Below are positions 1 to 9,522 of a stretch of DNA of 64,000 nucleotides, piece by piece. The notes under the pieces were generated by a model. It was not told the DNA's origin and searched no databases. It worked only from the letters and a program-made list of their open reading frames with translations. Made by a program: the position numbers and the translations under genes. The stretch covers positions 160,001 to 224,000 of the forward strand of contig CAWBOS010000012.1 of assembly GCA_963790475.1 (NCBI GenBank), given 5' to 3'. This DNA is from an uncultured delta proteobacterium (GTDB taxonomy: Bacteria > Desulfobacterota > RBG-13-43-22). Position 1 is the first letter of the stretch, and each line of letters opens with the position of its first letter.

Positions 1-163
1 TGATAAACACCGGTACTTCTTTCCAATCAGGGATAACTACCGGCCTTGGGACCCCTTCTTTTGTATAAACGAAATGGACCTCTTCTATTCTTACACATCG
101 AAATCCGGCCTTTTCAAAAATTCTCCTTAGACGGTCAGGAGGTATCGGAGTAATTTTGGGCAT
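1..163 (-). CDS. hicA: HicA-family toxin (partial, runs off window)
   Basis: Manual translation from ATG at 163: MPKITPIPPDRLRRIFEKAGFRCVRIEEVHFVYTKEGVPRPVVIPDWKEVPVFI, a HicA-like pattern; directly downstream of a HicB-like gene. Confidence 0.8.
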   Translation of the reverse strand, partial: MPKITPIPPDRLRRIFEKAGFRCVRIEEVHFVYTKEGVPRPVVIPDWKEVPVFI

Positions 164-168
164 TTTAC

Positions 169-435
169 TTAATAGGCGCTCACCAATTCGGTAGCCACCA
201 GTTTGGGGGGTATCCAACGTCCGGCAGAGTCTTTCTTATATCTTGATTCATCCAAAATATCTTCAAGAGTCCCCATTTTTTCTGCCTCTTCGACAAAAAG
301 CCGTACTGCTGTCTTCAGCATTTCTTTGGCCTGTTGAACATCTTGGCCGCAGCTTGAGATGTCGAGCTCCGGACAGTAAGCCACATAGGTATGGTCTTCC
401 TTGAAAACAATGACATCATACTCAATTGGTATCAT
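169..435 (-). CDS. hicB: HicB-family antitoxin (short form)
   Basis: YVAYCPELDISSCG...AKEMLKTAVRLF is a HicB RNase-H-like pattern; start taken at MIPIEY (435). Confidence 0.8.
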   Translation of the reverse strand: MIPIEYDVIVFKEDHTYVAYCPELDISSCGQDVQQAKEMLKTAVRLFVEEAEKMGTLEDILDESRYKKDSAGRWIPPKLVATELVSAY

Positions 436-718
436 CTTTGCTCCCGTGATTTTTAAAACGATTTTGTTGGGTTGTCTAAAAGATTTTTGAAACAAACTAG
501 AATTATTTTATCAGAATTCAGAATAAAAAGCCAAAAAATAAGATTTGGGTGCTGGGGGAAGTTACCCCTTTTCTGATACTGGTAGGAAGCCATTCCAGAA
601 CATCGAAAGACCGGTACTACCAAAACTCGAAAAGCCCCGTCGATTCCGGGTTTGGGGGTTTTTCTTCTCTCGGTACTATTAGGTGACCTCTAAAACAAAA
701 GGCGATTAAACGCTTAGG

Positions 719-1110
719 TCATCTCCCCTTGAAGACGGGCGGGCGTTTCTCGAAAAAGGCGTTTACTCCCTCAGTGAAGTCCTGGGTGCGGCCGGCCTCG
801 GTCTGAAGCTCGGACTCGAGGTGGAGCTGTTGTTCATAGGTATTATTGAAGCTTTGCCAGTAAGCTTTTCGGATCAGCGCCAGAGAGACCGTGGGCCCGG
901 CAGCCAACTCCCTTCCAAGATCCATGGCGGCATTGAGCGCCTGGCCATCGTCAACGACCCGGTTGACCAGACCCCACTCCAGGGCCTTGTCGGCCGGTAG
1001 CCGCTCGGCGAGCATCGAGAGTTCCATTGCCCTGGACCAGCCCACCTTTCGAGGCAGCAGGAAGGTTGAGCCGCCGTCCGGGATGAGACCGATCCACCGA
1101 AAGGCACATA
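719..1110 (-). pseudogene. Enoyl-CoA hydratase/isomerase C-terminal fragment (5'-truncated)
   Basis: AFRWIGLIPDGGST...A.EWGLVNRVV...EGVNAFFEKRPPVFKG is the crotonase C-terminal half; the N-terminal half is missing; a GGAGG + ATG (1109) lies out of frame at the junction. Confidence 0.7.
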
Positions 1111-1194
1111 ACCTTCTCCTCCACCTTTCGGGCGACGACAAATATACATCAAAGCTGATAATTTTGTACGAGACCCTTGAAAAAAGAACATTTT

Positions 1195-2379
1195 TCAAGG
1201 GTCATGATACATCTGCATGATCTCAGCCGGGGCCCTGTTTTCGCGCAGGAGCGCGGTCATGATGCGCATGGGGCGATCGATGTGCCTGAAAAAGGCCTTG
1301 TATCCTTTACACAGATAATTCAGCCCAGTCTCCCCTTTCGGGGTCTTGATGAACCGGTCTTTGGGGCAGCCGCCGTGGCAGGCAAAACGGACCACACATT
1401 CCTGGCAATAGGGGGGCAGCAGGTCCAGTTTGTCCTGGCCGAACTTTTGCTGCTGGGGCGAGGCCACCATTTCGATCATGGGGGTATCGGCGATGTTTCC
1501 CAGGAAATGGTCCGGGGAGACGAAGTGATCGCAGGAGTACATATCTCCGTTATGTTCCAGGGCCAGGGTCATCCCGCAGGTCGGCGCGAACACGCACAAA
1601 CTTGGCGGCTCTCCGGCCCAGTTGGCCAGGGCGACGTCGAACATATTGACAAATGTTTCCCCCACATCATGGCGCACCCATTCCTCGAAGACAGCGATCA
1701 AAAAGCGGCCATACTGCCCGGAGGTGACCGAGAAATCGCTTACGACCTTGTTTTCCATCCGGCGCTCGACGATGGGGATGAGCTGGATGTAGCGGATACC
1801 CAGATCATCCCGCAGGAAGCGGTAGACGTCCAAAGGGTTATCGGCATTGGCCTTGTGGATGGTCACCAGGGCGTTAAACTCCACCCCATGTTTCTTCAGA
1901 TAGTCCAGGCCCTGCATCACCCGATCGAAGGTCGGCTTGCCCTGCTTATCCCGCCGAAAGGCATCGTGCCGCTCACGGGGCCCGTCGATGCTGATCCCTA
2001 CCAGAAAGTGGTGTTCCCGGAAAAAAGCGGCCCATTCGTCATTGATCAGGGTGCCGTTGGTCTGGATGGTATTCAGGATAGTCATACCGGGGCGGCGATA
2101 TTTCTCCTGGTACTCGATCGAGCGTCGAAAAAAATCCAGGCCCATCAACATCGGCTCGCCGCCCTGCCAGGCCAGGGTCACCTCGGGAAACCGGTGGGCC
2201 TCGATGAGCCGGCGGATATAGGTCTCTTGCATCTCGCCCGTCATGCGGAAGCGGCTGCCGGGGTAGAGCTTCTCCTTGGAAAGGTAGAAACAATAGCTGC
2301 AGGCCAGGTTGCAGATGGCTCCCGTCGGTTTGGCCAAAAGGTGAAAGGCCGGTGGCGCGGGCAGGTCGATCGGCATCAA
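1195..2379 (-). CDS. Anaerobic sulfatase maturase (radical SAM/SPASM)
   Basis: KPTGAICNLACSYCFY, WQGGEP, SPASM Cys motifs YSCDHFV and C..C..RFACHGGCPKDRF. Confidence 0.93.
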   Translation of the reverse strand: MMPIDLPAPPAFHLLAKPTGAICNLACSYCFYLSKEKLYPGSRFRMTGEMQETYIRRLIEAHRFPEVTLAWQGGEPMLMGLDFFRRSIEYQEKYRRPGMTILNTIQTNGTLINDEWAAFFREHHFLVGISIDGPRERHDAFRRDKQGKPTFDRVMQGLDYLKKHGVEFNALVTIHKANADNPLDVYRFLRDDLGIRYIQLIPIVERRMENKVVSDFSVTSGQYGRFLIAVFEEWVRHDVGETFVNMFDVALANWAGEPPSLCVFAPTCGMTLALEHNGDMYSCDHFVSPDHFLGNIADTPMIEMVASPQQQKFGQDKLDLLPPYCQECVVRFACHGGCPKDRFIKTPKGETGLNYLCKGYKAFFRHIDRPMRIMTALLRENRAPAEIMQMYHDP

Positions 2380-3854
2380 TCGGAAACCGGCGGCCGGCGG
2401 TCTTTCCAGGGCCGTGCTTTTTCAAGCTGGGCCGCCAAACGAAAAAGCGTGGCTTCATCGCCGAACCGTCCGGCGAATTGGACTCCGATGGGGACATTGG
2501 CCTTGTTCCAGTAAAGGGGAACGGACATGGCCGGCTGTCCGGTCATGTTCTGGACCTTGGTGAAGGCCACAAAGGCATTGGTTACTCGAAGCCAACCTCT
2601 CGAGTCCTCGGCCTTGATCTGAAAGGCCCCCAAGGGGGTGGGCGGGATGGCCATGGTGGGGGTAAGAAGCAGGTCGTATCCCCCCTCCTGGTACCAGCGG
2701 GCCATCTTTCTCGAGAAGCGTTGGATTTCCTGCACGGCGACCAGGTAATCGGGTCCGGACCTCCTTAACCCCGCCTGAAGGCTGCCCCAAGTGATGGGCT
2801 CCAGGTCGGTTTGCCCAATCTTCTTTCCCAGTTCCCGTTCCCAATAGGCCACCGAATGGCCGGTGTAACAGGAGAAGGCCGCACCGAAAGTGGCGATAAT
2901 GCCCGGCTGATCCAATACCCGGGGTGAGATGACTTCGACGGTGTGCCCCAATTCCTCGCACAGCCGGGCGGCGTCCTTAACGGCCTGCTCGCAATCCGGA
3001 TGTAATTGGCTTTCATCGTGCCAACCGGCGGGGATCTCCGGGAGGACCCCGATCTTTAAACGTCCCGGTTCCCGGCTTACCTCCTCCAGGTAAGGAAGGT
3101 CCTTTGGCGGAGCCCAGTAAGGATCTCCAAAGTCCGGATCGGAAGTGGCATCCAGAAGGGCCGCCGAATCCCTTACGCTGACGGTTAGCGCGTGTTCGCA
3201 GGTAAGCCCGCTAACCAGGTCTCCAAAGAGGGGTCCCAGAGGGTTCCGGCCCCGGGTGGGCTTGAGCCCGAAGAGACCGCAGCAGGAGGCAGGGATTCGG
3301 ATAGAGCCTCCGCCGTCGTTCCCATGGGCCATGGGGACGATGCGGGCCGCCACGGCCGCGGCCGATCCGCCGCTCGAACCTCCCGGGGTCAGGTTCGGGT
3401 CCCAGGGATTTTTCGTCGGGCCGTATAATTCCGGCTCGGTGGTCGGGAGAATGCCAAATTCAGGGGTGTTCGTTTTCCCCACGATGATCAGACCCGCGGC
3501 CTTCTGCCTCTTAACGAGTTCGGTGTCCAACTTGGAAACGTACCCGCTCAACGCGCGACAGCCTTCACAAAAAGGCGTCCCCTGGCACTCGGCGGTTAGA
3601 TCTTTCAGCAGAAAAGGGACACCGGCAAATACCGCTTCAGCGGTCTGGCCCTCTTCCAGTCTTCCGCTCCAGGTTCGTACTGTCTCCCGCGCCTGATCGT
3701 ACAGTTTGTGGATGACCGCGTTAATCTTAGGATTTATTTTTTCTATCCGTTGGATGGTAAATTCAACCAGTTCGTCTGCTCTTATTTCCTTTTTTTTGAT
3801 CAGCCGGGCCAGGTCAATGGCATCCAGAAAAGCCAGATTATCGTATCCCTTCAT
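2376..3854 (-). CDS. Amidase-signature family amidase
   Basis: [46 protein letters not shown]. Confidence 0.93.
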   Translation of the reverse strand: MKGYDNLAFLDAIDLARLIKKKEIRADELVEFTIQRIEKINPKINAVIHKLYDQARETVRTWSGRLEEGQTAEAVFAGVPFLLKDLTAECQGTPFCEGCRALSGYVSKLDTELVKRQKAAGLIIVGKTNTPEFGILPTTEPELYGPTKNPWDPNLTPGGSSGGSAAAVAARIVPMAHGNDGGGSIRIPASCCGLFGLKPTRGRNPLGPLFGDLVSGLTCEHALTVSVRDSAALLDATSDPDFGDPYWAPPKDLPYLEEVSREPGRLKIGVLPEIPAGWHDESQLHPDCEQAVKDAARLCEELGHTVEVISPRVLDQPGIIATFGAAFSCYTGHSVAYWERELGKKIGQTDLEPITWGSLQAGLRRSGPDYLVAVQEIQRFSRKMARWYQEGGYDLLLTPTMAIPPTPLGAFQIKAEDSRGWLRVTNAFVAFTKVQNMTGQPAMSVPLYWNKANVPIGVQFAGRFGDEATLFRLAAQLEKARPWKDRRPPVSD

Positions 3855-3888
3855 GGGAATTTTCCTTTCCTTACCAGGCAAGACCGTA

Positions 3889-4596
3889 TTATTTCGGCCG
3901 TTTCCAGAAGGGGCCGGTCTTATTAATCTCCTTCATGGTTTGGATCATCTCTCGGGCGTACTCAAACATATGGGAGACATAGTCTTCATCCATCCGTCGT
4001 CTGAAATAGGGACCGGAAAAAAGTTTCATCATATCGGGTAAGGGGGTTATTCCTTCTTCGGTTCCTTCAACATAGGAGGCCCAGTTGCGAACATGCGCTT
4101 CCGACCGGAAGCAATTCATGGTGCTTCAGGCAAAGCTTGAATCTTCAAACCATTTCCAGAAAGGCACGGAAACGTAAGTCATATAACCCGCCGATTCCTG
4201 GCCATTGAGGAACTGGCCATCCTGAAGCACGACCCGGAGGGGTTCACCGCAATCGAGGCAGGGGAAATCGATGGTTACTTTCTTGCCGGGGAAGAACCAG
4301 CAGACCGCCAGCGATTCAAAGGCTCACTGGCCGAACCATTTCTGTTGGCCTTCGACGGTGATGCGGTACTGGGTGGGGAGATTGTTAAAAGGGGCGAAGG
4401 AGACGATGTGCTCGGTCCGGGGGTAAAGCCAGCCCGGTATTCCGGAGGTGAAGAGGTCATGGAGGGTCTTTCTTCCTTCTTCCACTGAAAGACCGAGTTC
4501 GGAAGCCAGTTCCGTGTAGAAAGGGGCCTGGCCGGTTTCCACCATGCGCTTCATGATGACCTGAAAGGCCTGGTCTAATAGGGTGGGACTATTCAT
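3889..4596 (-). CDS. MerB-like (organomercurial lyase family) protein, predicted selenoprotein with two Sec (codons 91 and 157), 235 aa
   Basis: One frame with TGA at 4324-4326 (KWFGQ-U-AFESL) and 4126-4128 (SSFA-U-STMNCF); N-terminal winged-helix-like segment, APFNNLPTQYRITVEG and PCLDCGEP match MerB layout; SECIS-like hairpins follow both TGAs. Confidence 0.88.
4091..4125 (-). promoter_or_regulatory. Bacterial SECIS-like hairpin after second Sec codon
   Basis: UGA AGCAC CAUG AAU UGCUUCC GGUC GGAAGCG CAUG; 7-bp stem, GGUC loop 19 nt after UGA, lower CAUG/CAUG stem. Confidence 0.78.
4291..4323 (-). promoter_or_regulatory. Bacterial SECIS-like hairpin after first Sec codon
   Basis: UGA GCCUUU GAAUCGCUGGC GGUC UGCUGGUUC; GGUC apex 17 nt after UGA, GCGGUCUGC resembles E. 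coli fdhF SECIS GCAGGUCUGC. Confidence 0.7.
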
Positions 4597-4663
4597 GGCT
4601 TGTTTCTCCTTTCTTGGGTTTGGAAAGGTTCTCTCTCAATTCTAATCGATTCGTAACTTAATT

Positions 4664-4740
4664 GTCTCCCCGGTGAAAACCGGGGTCCAGTCACCTTATG
4701 ACTACTAAAACCACTGGATTCCGTCTTTCGACGGAATGAC
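4664..4740. repeat. REP-like inverted palindrome pair
   Basis: GTCTCCCCGGTGAAAACCGGGGTCCAG...CTGGATTCCGTCTTTCGACGGAATGAC; family recurs at about 11431, 18727, 25657, 30551, 58090 and 60653. Confidence 0.8.
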
Positions 4741-4825
4741 GAAAATGGGATTTAATGACTTATTACAATTCCGTCTATTCGATTAATCCGGATTTTTTCC
4801 AAAGAAGGAATGAGCCGGGTTACTA

Positions 4826-5617
4826 TTACAGACTAAGCCCTCCGTCGAGATAAATGGTTTGACCGGTCATGTAGTCGGAAGCCGCGGAAACCAGATAAAG
4901 GGCCAGCAGGCCCACTTCCCGCAACCGGCCGGCGCGGCCTAGAGGGGTCATCTTGGTGATGTATTCGTTCATTCTTTTGGCCGTTTCTTCATCCCGGATA
5001 TTCAGCGGTTCGGGAAAAAGGCCGGGAGCGATGGAATTAATCTGGATGTTATAGGGGGCCCATTCCAATGCCTGGGTGCGGGTAAAGCCCACCACCGCCG
5101 CTTTAGCCAGGGAGTAGAGTACCACTTCCTTCCCGCCTTTTCCGGCCGTGAAAGAAGAAATATTAATGATCTTGCCGCTACGGCGTTCGAGCATCTGCGG
5201 GCCTATGGCGCGGGTGCAGAGGATGGCGGCCGTAACGTTGAGATCGACTATTTTCTTTATTTCCTCATCCGTGGCCGGTTCTCCCTTTTTCCCCGGGAGG
5301 GTAACCAATGGTTTTTGAATGGCGTCCCCCAAGTTATTGACCAGGACGTCTATCCGGCCGAACTCCTTCATTACCGTATCCACCGCCCCTTGCACTTCAG
5401 CGGATTTAGTCACATCGGCCAGGATAGGCAATACCCGGCGTCCGCTGGATTTGGCGATTTCACGGGCAGTGTTTACGACATAGCGGTCTGTAAGGGCATT
5501 AAGGGCGATATCGGCTCCGGCTTCGGCCAGAACCTGGGCGATTCCCTTGCCGATACCGCGGCCGGCCCCGGTGATAAAAACAACCTTTCCTTCAACATCG
5601 TATTCTTTGGGCAGCAT
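4826..5617 (-). CDS. Short-chain dehydrogenase/reductase (SDR)
   Basis: TGAGRGIG, YSLAK catalytic motif, NSIAPG. Confidence 0.93.
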   Translation of the reverse strand: MLPKEYDVEGKVVFITGAGRGIGKGIAQVLAEAGADIALNALTDRYVVNTAREIAKSSGRRVLPILADVTKSAEVQGAVDTVMKEFGRIDVLVNNLGDAIQKPLVTLPGKKGEPATDEEIKKIVDLNVTAAILCTRAIGPQMLERRSGKIINISSFTAGKGGKEVVLYSLAKAAVVGFTRTQALEWAPYNIQINSIAPGLFPEPLNIRDEETAKRMNEYITKMTPLGRAGRLREVGLLALYLVSAASDYMTGQTIYLDGGLSL

Positions 5618-5863
5618 ATGAAACCTTCCTGATTAAAATATTATTATCAGTTTAGCTTTTTGAAATGATTTCATTTCGCTTCGCGAATATGCGGTCCAAA
5701 ATTGCCGCAGGCAGACAGGTTTTCAAAAATCGGTATCTCCGGATTTTTGAAAAAAAGAGCCTCTGTGCTCTCTGTGCCTCTGGGTGAAAAGGATTTTCAT
5801 AAAGCTAAAATATTACAAATAATTGTTAATGAATAAGAATTGAAAGTTCATCGAAAAAATCTT

Positions 5864-6271
5864 TTAGGACTTTTTCATAATTTCAAAAATGGCCCCTCCG
5901 GGACCGCCGCCATCGAGGTAGGCGAATTTGCCCGGGTCATGAATCAGGAGCTTGGCCCCTTTTTCGGTCAGTTGCTTCACTTCCCGGTCAACATCCTCGA
6001 CATAGAAACCCAGATGATGAAGCCCTTCGCCCCATTTGTCGAGAAATTTGGATTGAAAAATCCTTCCTTCCGTGCATTGAACCAGTTCGAACTGGACCGG
6101 TCCGATATAGGTAAAGGCCATTCTTATTTTCCAGGGCCGCCCCTTGGCATCCTTACCGCTGTTTTCCACGAAGGTCCAGGGTCCCATTCCATATAAGGCC
6201 GACCATTTTTCAATAACCGCATCAATGTCATTTACAGCGTAGCTGATTTGGTCGACAGATTTTAATTGCAT
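5864..6271 (-). CDS. VOC/glyoxalase family protein (methylmalonyl-CoA epimerase-like)
   Basis: DQISYAVND, FELVQ, GEGLHHLGFYVED. Confidence 0.85.
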   Translation of the reverse strand: MQLKSVDQISYAVNDIDAVIEKWSALYGMGPWTFVENSGKDAKGRPWKIRMAFTYIGPVQFELVQCTEGRIFQSKFLDKWGEGLHHLGFYVEDVDREVKQLTEKGAKLLIHDPGKFAYLDGGGPGGAIFEIMKKS

Positions 6272-6310
6272 TCAGGCACCTCCTTATGGTTTATATTCCC
6301 GCGTCTTTTT

Positions 6311-6868
6311 CTAAGAAGTTTTCGGTTTAAAAACAACGGCAGGTTTGGTCCTGGCGGAATATTTAAATCCTTCCGCCTTTTGAATATCGCCGTATCGGGC
6401 TTTTAATTCTTCAAAAGGTCCGGCATCAAAGGCCCTGGTGGGGCAGGCCTCGACACAGACCGGTAATTTATTTTGTTGATGCCGCGTCAAACAATAATCA
6501 CACTTACTCATCTTAGCCCCCGGTTCAGGTCCGAACTGAGGGGCGTCATAGGGGCAGGCCTTGAGGCATTTGGTGTCGCATTTTTCATTGCCCAGACAAG
6601 CCTCTTGATCCACAATGACGATCCCGTCTTCGTCACGCTTGCTGATGGCCTTGGTCGGACAGGCGGGAATGCACACCGGCGTAAGACAATGGTAACAGGG
6701 GACGGCCAGATAGCTGACAAAGAGTTTGGGATATTCCCCTTTCTCGGTATAAAGGACCCTCATCCATTTTACCGGTCCGGCCGGGATGTCGTTCCAGTCT
6801 TTGCAGGCCACCTGACAGGCCCCGCACCCGGTACATCGGGTTTGATCAAAGTAGAATCCAACCTGCAT
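6311..6868 (-). CDS. DmsB-like 4Fe-4S electron-transfer subunit
   Basis: MQVGFYFDQTRCTGCGACQVACKDWN, CYHCLTPVCIPACP, CLKACPY, KCDYC...CVEACP; start at 6868. Confidence 0.9.
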   Translation of the reverse strand: MQVGFYFDQTRCTGCGACQVACKDWNDIPAGPVKWMRVLYTEKGEYPKLFVSYLAVPCYHCLTPVCIPACPTKAISKRDEDGIVIVDQEACLGNEKCDTKCLKACPYDAPQFGPEPGAKMSKCDYCLTRHQQNKLPVCVEACPTRAFDAGPFEELKARYGDIQKAEGFKYSARTKPAVVFKPKTS

Positions 6869-6920
6869 GATCGATCTCCTTCCAACCGAATAAATCGGGA
6901 CTGAAAACTCGAAAATCTTT

Positions 6921-7107
6921 TTCACCGCAAAGTCGCTAAGGACGCAAAGAGATTTTTTTGAACAATCCCGTGAGAGGCGGGATTGTTCAAAACCAGCCCT
7001 GGCCTCCGGCCAAATCATTGCCCGCAGGGCAGCGAAAGCTTATTCCTTCCCCTCAGCAGAAAGGAATAATTATTTCTTCTTTGCGCCCTTTGCGGCTTTG
7101 CGGTGAA
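6921..7107. repeat. MITE-like element with ~30-bp terminal inverted repeats (CGCAGAG/CGCAAAG periodic family)
   Basis: TTCACCGCAAAGTCGCTAAGGACGCAAAGA versus reverse complement of TCTTTGCGCCCTTTGCGGCTTTGCGGTGAA; related ends at about 5761, 15210-15348, 50445-50660, 54322-54530, 62704-62960 and 63825. Confidence 0.75.
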
Positions 7108-7148
7108 CAAAATCTCTTTTTTCAAACAAAATAACTGCCAAAAGGCCG

Positions 7149-9386
7149 TTAGGCCTTTTTGGCCTCAACCAGAACGGTCTTGAGGACCGCTGCCCCGCCC
7201 GGCGAATATTCATCCAGGGTCAGGGTATTGGGACACCCTCCCCGGTCAAGCCCCTCTTCGTCCGGATCGTACCAGGCCCCTTCGGTAACCGAAATAGCCC
7301 CGGGAACAATGCGCGCGGTGACCCAGGCCTTGATGGCGATCTTGCCGCGATCGTTGAAGACCTGGATTTCATCTCCGTCCTTTATTCCTCGCGCGTCGGC
7401 ATCCACCGGGTTTATCCAGGCCCGGTGGGGTTCCACCTCCTGCAGCCATTCCACTTTGAACATGGTGGAATGGGCCCTGGTCCGGGGATGGGGCGAAAGC
7501 ATCTGAAGCGGATATTTTTTTATCAAAGGATCGAAACGGTCCTCTTTGACCCTCCGGTATTTCGGTATGGGAGGGACATTTTCCGGGTCCCCGATATCGG
7601 CGGCCCGCTGGGAAAAAATCTCGATCTTTCCCGAAGGGGTTGGAAAGGGGTTGTTCTCCGGGTCCTCGATCTGGGCCTTGAAGGCCACAACAGGTTCCTT
7701 AAGTTTGACGCGGTGAACACCCTGGGCCTTGAACGTCTCATAATCCGGAATTTCTTTGCCTGTCTCCGGGTTTTTTTCTATAAAGTTTCTTAAATATTGG
7801 TCGTCAGACAGGGGGCGGAAATCTTTGATGCCCATCCTTTCCGCCAGGTCAGCGGCAATATCCAGGTCGGACTTGCACTCTCCGAGAGGCTCAATGGCCT
7901 GGTTGATAAAGGCATAATAGGGACCGGAAGGCCAGGGACGGGTGGTGTCGTTTCTTTCCGCCGGAGAGGTCACCGGCAGCAGGATGTCGGCATAACGGGC
8001 CGTGGGGGTCATAAACAGGTCATTGACCACCATGAATTCCAGTTGTTCATAGGCCCTGGCCGATTTGTTGGCGTTGCCAAGCTGATTCAAGTGATTGTTG
8101 GCGATATTGAAGACAAATTTGATATCAAAGGGATAGCCTCCGGCTTTCCCCTTGAGCATGGCATCATGCATTACATTGGTATGGACCCGCTTGACTAATC
8201 TCAACTTCAAATCCAAGGTCCCCCGGATAGAAGGGCCCCCGGCTTCAACGGGATTTTTCCCGGCAGGAATATTTGACCCGAAAAACATATGCCCCACCGG
8301 GATGCCCATGAGACCACCGGCCGCGGAACCTCCGGGCCGGCCGGTGTTCCCGGTCATGTTGGTCAAAGTCATGGCACAACGGGTGTATTGCTCCCCGATG
8401 GCCGACCGGGCCGGCCCCTGGCAGTCCATGAGACAAGCCGGTTTAGTGGTGGCGTACTCCCTGGCCAGCCTTTCAATGGTAGAAGCGGGCACAGCCGATA
8501 TGGCCTCGGCCCAGGCCGGAGTTTTCGGCTGGCCGTCCTCCTTACCCAGGACATAGGATTTAAACTGGTCGAAACCGATGGTATATTTATCCAGAAAAGC
8601 CTGATCCTGCAGATTCTCCCGGATCATCACATAAGCCATGGCGATCATTACGGCCGTATCGGTGCCGGGTTTTATGGGGATCCATTCGTCGGCGGCTACC
8701 ACGGCCGTGTCCGTGTATCGCGGATCTATAGAAATGACCCTGGCCCCGTTTTCTCTGGCCTTAATCAGGTGATACATGGTATTGGTCCCGGAGATCATAC
8801 GGGCCGGGTCCCATCCCCAAAGGATGATCAGTTTGGAATTCAACATATCTTCCCGGCTATGACCGACCATAACCGAGCCGTAGTGTGTCAGACAGGCCCA
8901 AACGGGTCCCTCAGAGGAGACATTTCCGTAACTGCCCGAGTACCCGCCCAATTGATTGAGGAGTCGGGCGAAGGCGGCACCCCCGCTGTGCAGGGAGCCC
9001 AAATAGCCACCGCCAGTGCTCAGAAAGACGCTGGAATTCCCGTAGGTCTTAATACAGTATTTCAGCTTTTCAATAATGGTTTCATAGGCCTCATCCCAAC
9101 TGATTCTCTTGAACTCACCCTTGCCTTTGGGGCCGATCCTTTTCATAGGATAGAGAAGCCGGTCGGGGTGATAGATGTAACGGCGAAAGGCACGGCATCT
9201 CAGACAGGCCCTGAGCTGTTCGTCCGGCCCGGCCGTGTCATCACCTTCTATACGCAAGACCCGGCCCTCCCGGACATGGAGCCTCAAAGGGCAACGTCCG
9301 CCGCAATCGAAGGCCGTTGTTGTCCTCACCGTTCTTATTTCGTTATCCATGGATTTTGCTTGACCTTTGTTCATCTTCCTCTCCAT
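7149..9386 (-). CDS. DMSO-reductase-family molybdopterin oxidoreductase catalytic subunit (DmsA-like, no Tat signal)
   Basis: DCGGRCPL, RACLRCR, DRLLYPMKR, RISWDEA, PIKPGTD, TARYADILLP, NDRG. Confidence 0.92.
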   Translation of the reverse strand: MERKMNKGQAKSMDNEIRTVRTTTAFDCGGRCPLRLHVREGRVLRIEGDDTAGPDEQLRACLRCRAFRRYIYHPDRLLYPMKRIGPKGKGEFKRISWDEAYETIIEKLKYCIKTYGNSSVFLSTGGGYLGSLHSGGAAFARLLNQLGGYSGSYGNVSSEGPVWACLTHYGSVMVGHSREDMLNSKLIILWGWDPARMISGTNTMYHLIKARENGARVISIDPRYTDTAVVAADEWIPIKPGTDTAVMIAMAYVMIRENLQDQAFLDKYTIGFDQFKSYVLGKEDGQPKTPAWAEAISAVPASTIERLAREYATTKPACLMDCQGPARSAIGEQYTRCAMTLTNMTGNTGRPGGSAAGGLMGIPVGHMFFGSNIPAGKNPVEAGGPSIRGTLDLKLRLVKRVHTNVMHDAMLKGKAGGYPFDIKFVFNIANNHLNQLGNANKSARAYEQLEFMVVNDLFMTPTARYADILLPVTSPAERNDTTRPWPSGPYYAFINQAIEPLGECKSDLDIAADLAERMGIKDFRPLSDDQYLRNFIEKNPETGKEIPDYETFKAQGVHRVKLKEPVVAFKAQIEDPENNPFPTPSGKIEIFSQRAADIGDPENVPPIPKYRRVKEDRFDPLIKKYPLQMLSPHPRTRAHSTMFKVEWLQEVEPHRAWINPVDADARGIKDGDEIQVFNDRGKIAIKAWVTARIVPGAISVTEGAWYDPDEEGLDRGGCPNTLTLDEYSPGGAAVLKTVLVEAKKA

Positions 9387-9522
9387 AAGTTTTGGGTCAT
9401 ATCCTAAAACGGGATTGTTTACGGCAGGGTTAAAGATTAAACCAGGTTTTACCCTGAGTCAATGAAAAGAAAAGGCTTGTTGAATAATGGCTTTTTAGAT
9501 AAAAGGGGGTTAAAATAGGAAA

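Noticed and set aside
1060-1125. RBS + ATG-TGC-CTT-TCG (MCLS, CooT/HypC-like start) at the enoyl-CoA hydratase fragment junction
   Set aside because: Only four codons of resemblance, then runs in a shadow frame; unsupported
1177-2514. 445-aa plus-strand ORF and similar long antisense ORFs (8289-9407, 11432-12214, 21854-22666, 30835-31746)
   Set aside because: Shadow frames opposite well-supported genes in GC-rich coding DNA; no recognisable motifs
4324-4596. Reading the MerB-like pieces as a nonsense-mutated pseudogene or as separate small genes
   Set aside because: Both stops are TGA, in frame, at catalytic-Cys positions and followed by SECIS-like hairpins
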